A stretch of 32,000 bases of DNA from Nitrospira sp. (GCA_024760545.1 CP060501.1:2588036-2620035), one strand, 5' to 3'; positions 1-9,032 are shown, numbered from the stretch's first letter. A program made the numbers and translations. Notes: generated by a model not told the origin, from the sequence alone.

Positions 1-61
1 TGGGCAAAAGCTTCAAGGCCCAATTCTTCCATTCAGAAATAGTTATCAATCATCATTCTTT

Positions 62-1387
62 TTGGCTACCCAATGGGCGGCCGGAAAACAGTTTACCCAG
101 CTGAATATAAATGAGGTTCGAATATATGAGGTAGGATCTCAAGGTGCGGTGGATCTTACCAATGAAAAGGCGGGATGTCTTGCTTACATACAAGAAAACA
201 TTAACCTCACATGTCTGCATCCTGAAAGGCAGCCATTTGCTTTCAGCAGTGGGATAATCAATGTAGCTAAATATGTTCTCTTGCCTATGTTGACTCTTTG
301 CCTAATTACGATCCCACTTTCACGGAAAAGTTTTGAAGAGGTGCGAAGGGCGCTATCCTTTTTCAGGTCGGGACGGGGGCTCCTAGCTTGTATCCTATTC
401 ATCGTCATTGTGTGCTTGGGGATTGGGGTCGTGACCATAGATGGCTATGACGGAGAGCCATTCACATTCACAGATGGAGTGAGTACATGGCCAGCTTATC
501 TTATTAGATGTATTGCAGGTGCGTTAGCAGTCTCAGGTATCTGGTTCATGAGGATGAGGTTGCAAGGTGACAAACGAAACGGGCAACCTTCAACTTTTCG
601 AATTGTCATGCGATTCATCAAGATGTGGCTAGGTCGCCACATTTCTCTCGTTAGGCTTTCTGAAGTATGTCAATTACCTGCGACGGACAGACTGTGTGAA
701 CACTGGGAAAGTTTGGTTGCACGAGCTGTGGTCCACACCACCCTTCTTCTTCTTATTGGGTTGTTATTATTTGGAATTTATGGATTCCCTACTACACCAT
801 GCAGAGGACTAGTCAATTGTTCGCTCAATTATGTCATTTTATTGGTCTTCGTGGGTCCGGTCATCACGTTTCAATTGTTTTTGGTTTTAGACGTATTTGC
901 TATATCTGCGAGACATATTATTAAAGGAGCGACGGCAATTGTGACTCCTACAGACGAACAGGGAGTACGTAAATTAGTAAATAAGATCGACGTGATTGGG
1001 GAGTGGACTGACCACATTGATGAGTTCATATATTTTCCGGTCGGTACATTGGCCCTAATGGTGATTGCACGAAGCTCATATTTTGATAATTGGGATATAC
1101 CGCAAGTGCTCGTAGGTCTTTGGAGTGTTATAGGGCTATACATTATTATTGCTGCTCTTCAGTTGCGCCGTGCAGCGGAGCGCAACAGGGAGCAAGTGAT
1201 TGATGCTTTCAAAGGTGGCAGTTTGGCCTTAAGGCAACAGATCGAGGATGCCAAGAAATATATAGAAGCGATGAGGAAAGGAGCATTTGCTTCGTTTGCG
1301 GATCTTCCAGTAGTACGCGCGGTTGCAGTGCCGTCTGGTATCACAGCTCTTATCTACATCTTGGATACGGTCTCGACTCGATTCTAA
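62..1387 (+). CDS. Multi-pass integral membrane protein, unknown family (possibly 5'-partial)
   Basis: 441-codon ORF with a TTG start at 62. The frame has no stop back to position 2, so the gene may begin upstream of the window. About 7-8 hydrophobic segments (LLACILFIVIVCLGIGVVTI, TLLLLIGLLLFGIYGF, LVGLWSVIGLYIIIAAL) and a charged C-terminal helix. No family motif recognised. Confidence 0.55.
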   Translation: MATQWAAGKQFTQLNINEVRIYEVGSQGAVDLTNEKAGCLAYIQENINLTCLHPERQPFAFSSGIINVAKYVLLPMLTLCLITIPLSRKSFEEVRRALSFFRSGRGLLACILFIVIVCLGIGVVTIDGYDGEPFTFTDGVSTWPAYLIRCIAGALAVSGIWFMRMRLQGDKRNGQPSTFRIVMRFIKMWLGRHISLVRLSEVCQLPATDRLCEHWESLVARAVVHTTLLLLIGLLLFGIYGFPTTPCRGLVNCSLNYVILLVFVGPVITFQLFLVLDVFAISARHIIKGATAIVTPTDEQGVRKLVNKIDVIGEWTDHIDEFIYFPVGTLALMVIARSSYFDNWDIPQVLVGLWSVIGLYIIIAALQLRRAAERNREQVIDAFKGGSLALRQQIEDAKKYIEAMRKGAFASFADLPVVRAVAVPSGITALIYILDTVSTRF

Positions 1388-1697
1388 CTAGGGCAACATT
1401 ATCAACTAGCCGGAGGCTGGATAGGGCCGACAAAATCCTCTTGCAGTCCAGTGCAGAAACCAAGGCCATTCACCAATGAGTAAGCCTTTCAAAGACTCTC
1501 GCCACATTGTTTTACCAGAACCTGAGACCGATCTCGTGAATAAAAAGGCTATGGTATGAGGCGGTGAAAGCAAGGGAAGTTTACGATGCAAGCGATGATC
1601 GCCTGATGTGCAAGGATGACAAAGGGAAGGAAGTGGATTGCCGATAGAAGAGAGGCGAGTGCCACTTCCGCGATTCGTGAACGTTGTGAGCTTGAGG

Positions 1698-2768
1698 ATG
1701 CAAACTTGTCTTAATTCGAGGAAGAGAGGTTTACCGGGTGCTGAGCAATTAAGGTATCTACCGGGTGAGGAGTACAACCTGCAGATCAGGTGGAAGACGA
1801 TCTTAACGTTCGTGTCAATAATCGTAATTCTGACCATTACTCCCGTACCGGGGTTGCCGTGGGGCCAAGACGGGCATCGTATTGTCGGTGCATTAGCTGA
1901 TCGAGAGCTTGTTGGGTCACGAGCGGAACGTGAAGTCCGCACCTTGCTTCAACCGAAGGAAACTCTGGAAAATATTTCATTCTGGGCGGACTGTGCCAAA
2001 GGCTATTGTGGTGAGTTGACCGAGGAAATGAAGGCATTCGTACAGTCCAACCCCACTCATCATCACTACCATTACACGGACGTGCCATTTCAACGTTCTC
2101 AGTATATTTGGAAGTCTATTGGCACATCGGACGACGATATTGTAGTGCTTCTCACCCAAGCCATACGGGTTTTGCAAGGCAAGGGAGGATCCTCGGATAA
2201 CCCACATTACTTCACACGTCGGCAAGCTCTCCTGCTCTTAGCACACTGCGTTGGCGATGTGCATCAACCGCTTCATGTCGGATCGGCCTATCTCGACCGA
2301 GACGATATATTTATCGATCCAGCGAGGATGGAAGATATTCAGGCAGGTTCGGTTGAAGCCACGTTCGGTGGTAATCGGCTGCTGATTGACGGCGGACGCA
2401 GCCTTCACGCTGATTGGGATTCCACCGTAGTTCGGTATGCCATGAATCGGGCTCACTCTGATTCGGTACTTTCGTATGTTGATGCCCTAATGACGAAATA
2501 CCCAGCTCATGAGGCTATGACAGGAGAACCGACAACCTGGCCGCAATTGTGGGTCGAAGATTCGTTGCAATTAGCTAAGCGCGTTCACGAAGGACTCATC
2601 GTCCAGCACCGTCGCCGCATCACGGATCCAAAACACGGTGACCAATGGGTCTGGGCGGTTACTCCGCCACCCGACTATGACCGGCAATCGTCGACCGCCG
2701 CTGAACAAGCACTCGTCCGGGCAGGGAAACGATTGGCGGCTCTGCTGCGGGCCATCTGGCCAGAATAA
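1698..2768 (+). CDS. S1/P1-family (nuclease S1 / P1-like) zinc-dependent nuclease, exported
   Basis: Family signature strings are present: WGQDGH (mature N-terminal Trp at nt 1860), WAD, HHYHYTDVP, HCVGDVHQPLHVG, GGNRL, LHADWDS. A hydrophobic signal-like segment WKTILTFVSIIVILTITPVPGLP sits directly before the Trp. The start is uncertain: TTG 1638 with GGAAGGAAG upstream, ATG 1698, or a non-canonical CTG at 1782 preceded by GAGGAG. Confidence 0.85.
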   Translation: MQTCLNSRKRGLPGAEQLRYLPGEEYNLQIRWKTILTFVSIIVILTITPVPGLPWGQDGHRIVGALADRELVGSRAEREVRTLLQPKETLENISFWADCAKGYCGELTEEMKAFVQSNPTHHHYHYTDVPFQRSQYIWKSIGTSDDDIVVLLTQAIRVLQGKGGSSDNPHYFTRRQALLLLAHCVGDVHQPLHVGSAYLDRDDIFIDPARMEDIQAGSVEATFGGNRLLIDGGRSLHADWDSTVVRYAMNRAHSDSVLSYVDALMTKYPAHEAMTGEPTTWPQLWVEDSLQLAKRVHEGLIVQHRRRITDPKHGDQWVWAVTPPPDYDRQSSTAAEQALVRAGKRLAALLRAIWPE

Positions 2769-2803
2769 GGCGACCGAGAGGGAGCGCTTTTATAAGAAAG
2801 GAT

Positions 2804-4090
2804 GTGCAGACGATGTCGACGGAAGACATTCCGCTTTCGCGGCGAGCCTTGTTGAAGACTATTGGTATAGGAGGATCAGCTTGGGCCTTGGCCCAAGCCT
2901 CCCTGGCTAAAGGGGAAGGAATGAGCGAGGCACCGAAGGCGTATGCAGGGAGGAAGGACGAGTTTGTCAATGTCCTGAGGGAACAGCGCGAGGAGACATT
3001 TGAAGACAAAGTCAGAGAGGGCATCGCGCTGTGTGTCTCTGGAGGAGGGTATCGGGCGATGCTCTTTCATCTTGGGACATTCTGGCGTCTCAACCAGGCT
3101 GGTCTGTTGCCTGAACTGCAACGCATTTCATCCGTCTCAGGTGGGTCAATCACGGCAGGGGTACTTGGCTACGCCTGGGGTTCCCTCCTCTTTAAAGAAA
3201 AGATAGCTCAGAACTTCATCGAAAAGGTGGTTGAACCAATCCGCAAGTTAGCCGGAGAGACCATTGATGTGGGCGCCATTATCAAAGGGATTCTTCTACC
3301 CGGGACAATCGGTCAGAAAGTGCGCGATGCCTATGAGGACTACTTGTTTGGTCATGCGACATTGCAAGATCTGCCAGATACCCCACGGTTTGTCATCAAC
3401 GCGACCAACATTCAATCTGGGGTCCTTTGGCGATTCTCGAAGCCCTACATGATTGACTATCGTGTTGGTCAGGTGAAGGAGCCAAACGTACTGCTCGCCA
3501 CAGCGGTTGCGGCGTCTTCGGCCTTCCCACCCGTGCTGTCTCCTGTGGAACTCGACCTAGAACCTGGCCAATGTGTGGACATGACAGGAACGGACCTTCA
3601 TCGAAAACCTTACACGAACCGTGTCGTACTGGGAGATGGCGGAATCTACGACAACCTGGGACTCCAGACAGTCTTGAGTTATGAGACCATTCTCGTCAGT
3701 GATGCTGGTCAGAAAATGGGTCCAGAGGAAGATCCCTCCGCCAACTGGGCATGGCATACGGTTCGGGTGATGAATGTCATCGACAATCAGGTGCGTAGCT
3801 TACGAAAACGACAAATCATAAAGGCCTACGAAACAGGTGAGCGAAAGGGGGCCTATTGGGGGATCGGAACAGATATTCGGAACTACGCCGCATCGAACAA
3901 ATTTGAGTGCCCGCTTGAGCAGACGACCGAATTGGCACATGTGCCGACGCGTTTGAAGGAGATCGAGCCGCAGCTTCAGGAGCGATTGATCAACTGGGGC
4001 TTCGCTGTATGTGATGCGGCGCTCAGAACCCATGTATGGCCCGATATGAACAAGCCCGATGCTCTCCCATATCCTGCAAGTGGGATTTAG
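2804..4090 (+). CDS. Patatin-like phospholipase with twin-arginine (Tat) signal peptide
   Basis: GGGYRA glycine-rich oxyanion motif, SVSGGSITAG nucleophile-elbow region, VLGDGGIYDNLG catalytic Asp (DGG) motif. The N-terminus SRRALLKTIGIGGSAWALAQASLA matches the Tat consensus S-R-R-x-[FL]-L-K. GTG at 2804; ATG at 2813 has better spacing to AAGAAAGGA. Only 35 nt downstream of the nuclease stop. Confidence 0.9.
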   Translation: MQTMSTEDIPLSRRALLKTIGIGGSAWALAQASLAKGEGMSEAPKAYAGRKDEFVNVLREQREETFEDKVREGIALCVSGGGYRAMLFHLGTFWRLNQAGLLPELQRISSVSGGSITAGVLGYAWGSLLFKEKIAQNFIEKVVEPIRKLAGETIDVGAIIKGILLPGTIGQKVRDAYEDYLFGHATLQDLPDTPRFVINATNIQSGVLWRFSKPYMIDYRVGQVKEPNVLLATAVAASSAFPPVLSPVELDLEPGQCVDMTGTDLHRKPYTNRVVLGDGGIYDNLGLQTVLSYETILVSDAGQKMGPEEDPSANWAWHTVRVMNVIDNQVRSLRKRQIIKAYETGERKGAYWGIGTDIRNYAASNKFECPLEQTTELAHVPTRLKEIEPQLQERLINWGFAVCDAALRTHVWPDMNKPDALPYPASGI

Positions 4091-4919
4091 TTCCCGGTAG
4101 TTCTGGGTCGAGAGGAGAACTTCTGCATAAGCCAGATCTCCGTACCCGCTTCTTGCCGATAGAGGTACGAGACTCTAGTATATGCGCGCGGCAACGCGAA
4201 GATTCCGACTGTGTCGTGCCCCACTTAAGATTTGGACAGGCGGCATAGTCAGTGGGATACAGCGAACTTAACCAAATTATTCAAGACTCGTCGCCATAGA
4301 TAGCCGCTGGTCTCTCATCGACATCATCACGAGCGAGTGTCCCGTGAGGCCCTTAAAGAGTGAGGATGCGAACGGGTTCAATTCTTTGGAGAAACAATCC
4401 CGCTCAGTGCGCTATGATTGTCCAAATTTAGGTGGTGCACAACACGTCCACGTGGCCGTAACGTGGATTCCATCCCAAACCGTGTCGCCGTGCGTTTCAC
4501 CCAGGCGTCGTCACCAAACGGACGGCCTCGTTGCACGCTGAGCCGGAGCGCCTCCAGCTCCCCAGAGCTGGGCGTAGGTTCGGTATATGCCTACGTCGAA
4601 GCCAGAACCCCATCCGGCGTAGTAGACCTGGAGCAACCGCACGATCGCCCAGAAAATCAGGCTCGCAGCCACCAAGAGCGGCGCTTGTAATGTGGCGGAT
4701 CGAAGCCGTGGACATGCCATAACTGATCGCTCAGAAAGGTGGCGATAATGAGCCGACACCGGCGTTGTGGTCAACGCATTGTTTCGTGACACCTTTGACG
4801 TAGATTTTTCCGCGTCAGACCATATGGTTTGCGTCCTATCACGGGCGTCTGCTATCCTCCGCTCCGCTGCGTATCTCTGGTTGGATCTCTCTCTCACCCC
4901 CAAGAAAAACGGTACGGAT

Positions 4920-6380
4920 ATGACGAAGGTGGACGCTAGGCGGCGTATGCTGGACTGGGTCGTACCGCTTGGATTCGGGATGATTCTGTTCTTTGCGGTG
5001 CCTTTGCAAACGGCTCTGGAATTGAGTTGGGATGAGGGATATGAGCTGATGAAGGCACTACTTGTGAGCCGCGGCCACGCTCTCTACCGCTCCGTATGGA
5101 GCGATCAACCTCCGGTCTTCACTGAGCTCCTGGCCCTGCTTTTCCGCGTTTTCGGAGCATCCGCTTTCGTCGGTCGGCTGCTGATCCTCTGTTTTGCCAT
5201 GACCCTCGTGTGGATGGTATGGAAGCTCGTGAGCAACAGCTTCGGATCAGCAGCCGGTCTGATCGCGACAGCATTGCTGGTGTCGTCCTCATCATTTCTT
5301 GAACAGAGCGTCGCGCCCATGATCGAGCTGCCGGCAACGACGCTGGCTCTCGCGTCATTACTATCAGCCTCACACTACGACTCCACGCGCAGAATGCGGT
5401 GGCTGGCGCTTTCGGGCGTGCTATTCGGTTGCGCATTGCAAGTGAAACTTACCAGTGCGATCTTTCTGCCGGCGATGGGTGTGGCATACCTGGACAAGAA
5501 TGGCCGGAATCTTCGCACCGACCTTCTCCGCGACGTTGCAGTTTGGTTCGGAGCGGTCCTCGTGACGTCCGGCCTCATCGTCTTGAGGTTCTACGGAACG
5601 GATACCGTGTGGGAGTTCTGGGCGTCTCACTTCTCCGGATCGACGAACGCCGCTGTGCCCGACAGGTACACATTCAAGCCCGCTGCATTTTTCTTGGGTG
5701 CACGGTCGCTATCGGCTGCGACCGCATTGGGCATTGCGTTGCTCGCCTCGAAACGCCGACGGGACGTGATGTGTCCGGCCATGTTGTTTGCCACCGTCCT
5801 GGCGATCCATTGGGTACACCGGCCGTACTGGTGGTACTACAGCCTGCATTTCGCCATCCCGATGGCCTGGTTGGGAGCGGCAGGTATTGTCGGCTGGTTC
5901 GGGTTGCTCCGAGATCGAGCCGGGGCTTGGTGGGAGCGCAGGTCTCTAAACCGGTTGGCTTGGCTCGTCTACGTGCTTGTGATTTCCCTGACGCTGGCAG
6001 ACACTCCTCGGCTCATATGGAGCCACCTGCGGGGGTTACAGACCGCTCCTCTCGCGAGTGAGAATGAACTGGTTGTCGCGTTGCGAAAGCGGGCCTCGAA
6101 CACAAGCTGGGTATTCGCCGATCGTCCGCTCTATCCCTTCTGGGCAGGGCTGCTGGTGCCACCCGAAATGGCAGGGATTCCGTACAAGCGTATCTGGTCG
6201 GGCAGTGTTACGGAGTCAACAGTGTACGAATGCATCGCACAATACAGGCCTGAGGAAATCCTATTTGTCCACACGCTCTCTGGCTGGGAAACCAGAGGGG
6301 CGTTGGCGGCGTACATTCGGGATCATTACGAGCACGATCCTACTGGGGGCCGCGCGAAACTGTTTCATCGAACGCACTGA
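4920..6380 (+). CDS. GT-C fold membrane glycosyltransferase (ArnT / PMT, GT39/GT83-like)
   Basis: About 11-12 hydrophobic helices. The first loop carries the acidic motif WDEGYELMKALLVSRGHALY..SDQPPVF typical of ArnT/PMT-type lipid-linked sugar transferases. A C-terminal soluble region follows. ATG 4920 (MTKVDARRRML) is preferred over the upstream ORF-track start at 4767. Confidence 0.6.
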   Translation: MTKVDARRRMLDWVVPLGFGMILFFAVPLQTALELSWDEGYELMKALLVSRGHALYRSVWSDQPPVFTELLALLFRVFGASAFVGRLLILCFAMTLVWMVWKLVSNSFGSAAGLIATALLVSSSSFLEQSVAPMIELPATTLALASLLSASHYDSTRRMRWLALSGVLFGCALQVKLTSAIFLPAMGVAYLDKNGRNLRTDLLRDVAVWFGAVLVTSGLIVLRFYGTDTVWEFWASHFSGSTNAAVPDRYTFKPAAFFLGARSLSAATALGIALLASKRRRDVMCPAMLFATVLAIHWVHRPYWWYYSLHFAIPMAWLGAAGIVGWFGLLRDRAGAWWERRSLNRLAWLVYVLVISLTLADTPRLIWSHLRGLQTAPLASENELVVALRKRASNTSWVFADRPLYPFWAGLLVPPEMAGIPYKRIWSGSVTESTVYECIAQYRPEEILFVHTLSGWETRGALAAYIRDHYEHDPTGGRAKLFHRTH

Positions 6381-6868
6381 CGACATCAGTGCGCGCCGAC
6401 TCGGTCCTGGCAGTACAAAAGAATTGATATCCGCAGCCAGTGCCGCCGTGGGAGTGGCGAAAGAGATGAGACATCCGTACCAGTCTTACTTACACCACTG
6501 CTTCTTTGCTCTCCTCTCCCATTCTCCACGCTCCCGATGACCGCCTGACTTCTATGGCTCACATTGACGTACTGCACGGTGATCTGTTGCTGCCCACCCT
6601 GCCGGAACTTCTTCAAGGTCAGGAGCCCCAGTTGAAAAATAGACATGAAGCGCGTGGCCACATTGAGTCGTTTGATTTCTGTCTCTGGCGCACACGCGCC
6701 ATGGGCTCGCCCAATCTGTTCCATGGCGTTTTCTGCGCGACGGCCAGCTGATGCGCTAGCTTTTTCCCCAAGCTGTTCGCAGCCTCTATTGAAGCCGACA
6801 CATCGAGCGCCATCGCCACCGCATCGATGCCGTAATCAAGGAGCAACCGACTGCGTTCCAGCGGCCGA

Positions 6869-6910
6869 GTAAAAGGGGTCGGGATGGACTTCCCAGGGTT
6901 TAACGGACAC
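6869..6910. repeat. Left terminal inverted repeat
   Basis: The sequence gtaaaaggggtcgggatggacttcccagggtttaacggacac is the reverse complement of 7841-7882, apart from 4 central mismatches. Confidence 0.85.
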
Positions 6911-6945
6911 CTTTGAGGTGTGGTCGTTCGAACATGGGAGGCCCT

Positions 6946-7836
6946 ATGAGCAATCGGCGCAGATCGCAGAGCATCCGAGTGAAGTATGCTTTCATCAGGG
7001 CCCATCGTGGCGAGTTTGATACGGCTGTCATGTGTCGTCTCCTCGATGTATCGCGCAGCGGATTCTATCAATGGGTACGGCACCCCCTCTCTGATCGAGC
7101 ATTGGAGGATCAGCGGTTACTGTGCCTCATCCGCGTGGCCTATACGGCGAGCCACGGCGTCTACGGTGCCCCGCGGATTTTTCTCGATTTGCGCGAAGCG
7201 GGCGAGACCTGTAGCAAACATCGTGTTGCTCGCATTATGCGGGCCAATCACATCAAAGCCCTTCACGGATATCGAACTCCCCGGTACGCCAGAGGCCCCA
7301 CGTCACTCCTGACGCCTAATACGCTGCAGCGAGGGTTTACCGTCCTCCGGCCCAACACAGCCTGGGTCACCGACATTACGTACGTGCGCACGTGGGAAGG
7401 CTGGCTCTATTTGGCCGTCGTGATGGATCTCTACTCACGCCGAATTGTCGGTTGGTCAACCAAACCCACAATGGCCCGAGAACTTGTGCTGGATGCGATT
7501 CTCATGGCCGTACGGCGACGCAAGCCAAAACACACCCTGATTCATTCCAATCAAGGATCACAATTTGGCAGCGATGCGTGGCGGCGTTTCTGCCATGCGC
7601 ATCATCTTGAGCCAAGCATGAGCCGGCGTGGCAACTGCTGGGATAACGCAGTGGCTGAATCGTTCTTTAGCAGCTTGAAGAAGGAGCAGATTAAGAAGCG
7701 CATCTACACGACTCGGGAGATAGCCACTGCCGAGATCTACGAATACATCGAACTGTTCTATAATCGCACCCGGCGACACAGCCATCTCAGTGGGGTCAGT
7801 CCGGAGGCCTTTGAAGCAATTTCGACTCGGGCTTAA
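6946..7836 (+). CDS. IS3-family transposase OrfB (HTH_21 + rve integrase core), probably catalytically dead
   Basis: YAFIRAHRGEFDTAVMCRLLDVSRSGFYQW (OrfB N-terminus), WVTDITYVRTWEGWLYLAVVMDLYSRRIVGWS (first D), HSNQGSQF (the second catalytic D is N; codon AAT at 7549-7551), WDNAVAESFFSSLKKE (E). SD GGGAGG at 6936-6941. Confidence 0.9.
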   Translation: MSNRRRSQSIRVKYAFIRAHRGEFDTAVMCRLLDVSRSGFYQWVRHPLSDRALEDQRLLCLIRVAYTASHGVYGAPRIFLDLREAGETCSKHRVARIMRANHIKALHGYRTPRYARGPTSLLTPNTLQRGFTVLRPNTAWVTDITYVRTWEGWLYLAVVMDLYSRRIVGWSTKPTMARELVLDAILMAVRRRKPKHTLIHSNQGSQFGSDAWRRFCHAHHLEPSMSRRGNCWDNAVAESFFSSLKKEQIKKRIYTTREIATAEIYEYIELFYNRTRRHSHLSGVSPEAFEAISTRA

Positions 7837-7840
7837 TGAT

Positions 7841-7882
7841 GTGTCCGCAAAAGGCTGGGAAGTCCATCCCGACCCCTTTTAC
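7841..7882. repeat. Right terminal inverted repeat
   Basis: The sequence gtgtccgcaaaaggctgggaagtccatcccgaccccttttac starts 5 nt after the transposase stop codon. Confidence 0.85.
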
Positions 7883-7916
7883 TTCCCCCGACCCCTTTTC
7901 AGTCTCGACCCCTTTT
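7871..7916 (+). repeat. Three direct copies of GACCCCTTTT (spacing 19 and 17 bp)
   Basis: Copies at 7871-7880 (inside IRR), 7890-7899 and 7907-7916. A fourth copy in inverse orientation lies at 6871-6880 (inside IRL). Confidence 0.8.
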
Positions 7917-8435
7917 CTGTCTCTGTCGGCGAGCGGTGGGATTGGCGCACTGGCCATCGGCGGATTTCCGACTCTGGTGGAGAGTGTGTATGCGCTGGGG
8001 GCGGGCCTCACGGCTCCGATATTCAATGCGGGACGCATTCGGGCTCACATCGCTGCCGCGGACGCACGCCTGGATCAAGTCGCGTCGAAGTACGAAAAAA
8101 CCTTCCTCCTTGCCTTGGAAGACGTGGAAAATGCCTTTGTCGTCCATACCTCTTCGAAGGAGCGCCGCGAACAACTCGTGAAGGCCGAAACAGCAGCAGA
8201 GAAAACGTATCGCTCCTCCGAAGCCTTATTTCAGAGGGGAGCGAGTGATTATTTATCCGTGCTGGATGCCCAACGCACCAAACTTTCAATCAACGACGAG
8301 CGTGTCAAAGCTGAAACCGCGGTGCGTGTCTCACTGGTCTCGCTTGCCAGGGCATTTGGTGGCGGTTGGGCCGTGGACAGCTCAGTGAGCCGGGAAAGTG
8401 ATAATGACCCCATGAAAATAACCGAGAAGGACTAA
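7917..8435 (+). pseudogene. 3' fragment of an RND-efflux outer-membrane factor (NodT/OprM/TolC family) gene
   Basis: The translation matches only the C-terminal ~150 aa of OMF lipoproteins: GAGLTAPIFNAGRIRAHIAAADARLDQVASKYEKTFLLALEDVENAF...GASDYLSVLDAQRTKL...LVSLARAFGGGW. The N-terminal two-thirds is absent upstream of the IS. Confidence 0.8.
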
Positions 8436-8479
8436 GTGGTGCGGTTGGGGTCGCTGAGGACTGTCATCGATTTTTTCCT

Positions 8480-8932
8480 TTAGAGAGCGTCCGATGTAGC
8501 CAGCTTCTGCAGGGCGTTTCGTAATGCGACCGCTGCGGTCTTCCCTATTACGATCTCATATTCCTGCTGGGCCTTACGCCACAAAGTTTTGCCATTGGCA
8601 TATTTGGCTGCACCCTTTGCGGTGAGCGCCACACGCCGTGTTCTTCCATCAATCGCATCGGGCTTTAGGGCCACTAAACCTTTGCGAAGAAGTGGCCTCA
8701 AGTTATGCCCGAGCGTTGAGCGGTCCATCACCAAGTATTCCGCCAATTCATTCATGGTCGGAGGTGTTGAGGAGTGTCTGCTGAGTTCCCCAAGCAATGC
8801 GAACTGAGTCGTCTTGAGTCCGGTACTCCTGAGTTGCGCATCATAGATAACCGACACGCGGCGCACGGCTTTTCGCAAGACTGTGCAGTAGCACGGAGAT
8901 TGTGACGATTGTTCCTTAACCATACAGCTCAT
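8480..8932 (-). CDS. MarR-family transcriptional regulator
   Basis: Winged-helix MarR pattern: GLKTTQFALLGELSRH..PPTMNELAEYLVMDRSTLGHNLRPLLRKGLVALKPDAIDGRTRRVALTAKG. The second ATG (MVKEQ, 8923) has better SD spacing (AAAGGA). Confidence 0.9.
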   Translation of the reverse strand: MSCMVKEQSSQSPCYCTVLRKAVRRVSVIYDAQLRSTGLKTTQFALLGELSRHSSTPPTMNELAEYLVMDRSTLGHNLRPLLRKGLVALKPDAIDGRTRRVALTAKGAAKYANGKTLWRKAQQEYEIVIGKTAAVALRNALQKLATSDAL

Positions 8933-8969
8933 CCTTTGTCATAGGTAGCACATGCCGCCGACCACAACC

Positions 8970-8998
8970 ATTATATGTCCTTCTCAAGCATTTTCCAA
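8970..8998 (-). promoter_or_regulatory. Candidate sigma70 promoter for the MarR gene
   Basis: On the minus strand: TTGGAA (8998-8993), a 17-bp spacer, then a perfect TATAAT (8975-8970). This lies about 40 nt upstream of the marR start. Confidence 0.5.
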
Positions 8999-9002
8999 TG
9001 GC

Positions 9003-9032
9003 TTGACAACAGATATTAGCGCGTAGTATATG
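9003..9032 (+). promoter_or_regulatory. Candidate sigma70 promoter reading toward sORF/amoC
   Basis: Perfect TTGACA at 9003-9008, followed 15-18 bp later by the -10-like hexamers TAGTAT (9024-9029) and TATATG (9027-9032). Confidence 0.4.

Larger units (their letters stand above)
6869..7882 (+). mobile_element. Defective IS3-family-derived element (transposase OrfB only, no orfA) bounded by 42-bp inverted repeats
   Basis: IRL 6869-6910 and IRR 7841-7882 are reverse complements, 38/42 identical, with the outer 28 bp perfect. They enclose a single rve-type transposase ORF. No flanking target-site duplication found. Confidence 0.7.

Noticed and set aside
1406-1942. 178-aa minus-strand ORF between the first gene and the nuclease gene
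   Set aside because: It overlaps the N-terminal signal region of the well-supported S1/P1 nuclease ORF on the opposite strand. Its composition is Ser/Arg/Pro-rich and it has no SD.
4511-4903. 130-aa minus-strand ORF with a membrane-like stretch (LLVAASLIFWAIVRLLQVYYAGWGSGFDVGIYRTYAQLW), reminiscent of the start of DUF2029/GT87-type glycosyltransferases
   Set aside because: Only ~40 residues look meaningful before the stop. The downstream frames do not continue the family pattern, and the upper part overlaps the leader of the GT-C gene. It may be a gene fragment but is not callable.
6386-6868. Minus-strand ORF pieces (…LERSRLLLDYGIDAVAMALDVSASIEAANSLGKK… / …AENAMEQIGRAHGACAPETEIKRLNVATRFMSIFQL…QQQITVQYVNV…) left of the IS
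   Set aside because: They read like one gene broken by a frameshift, but I could not assign a family by eye. I record them only as probable pseudogene debris, and blastx is needed to go further.
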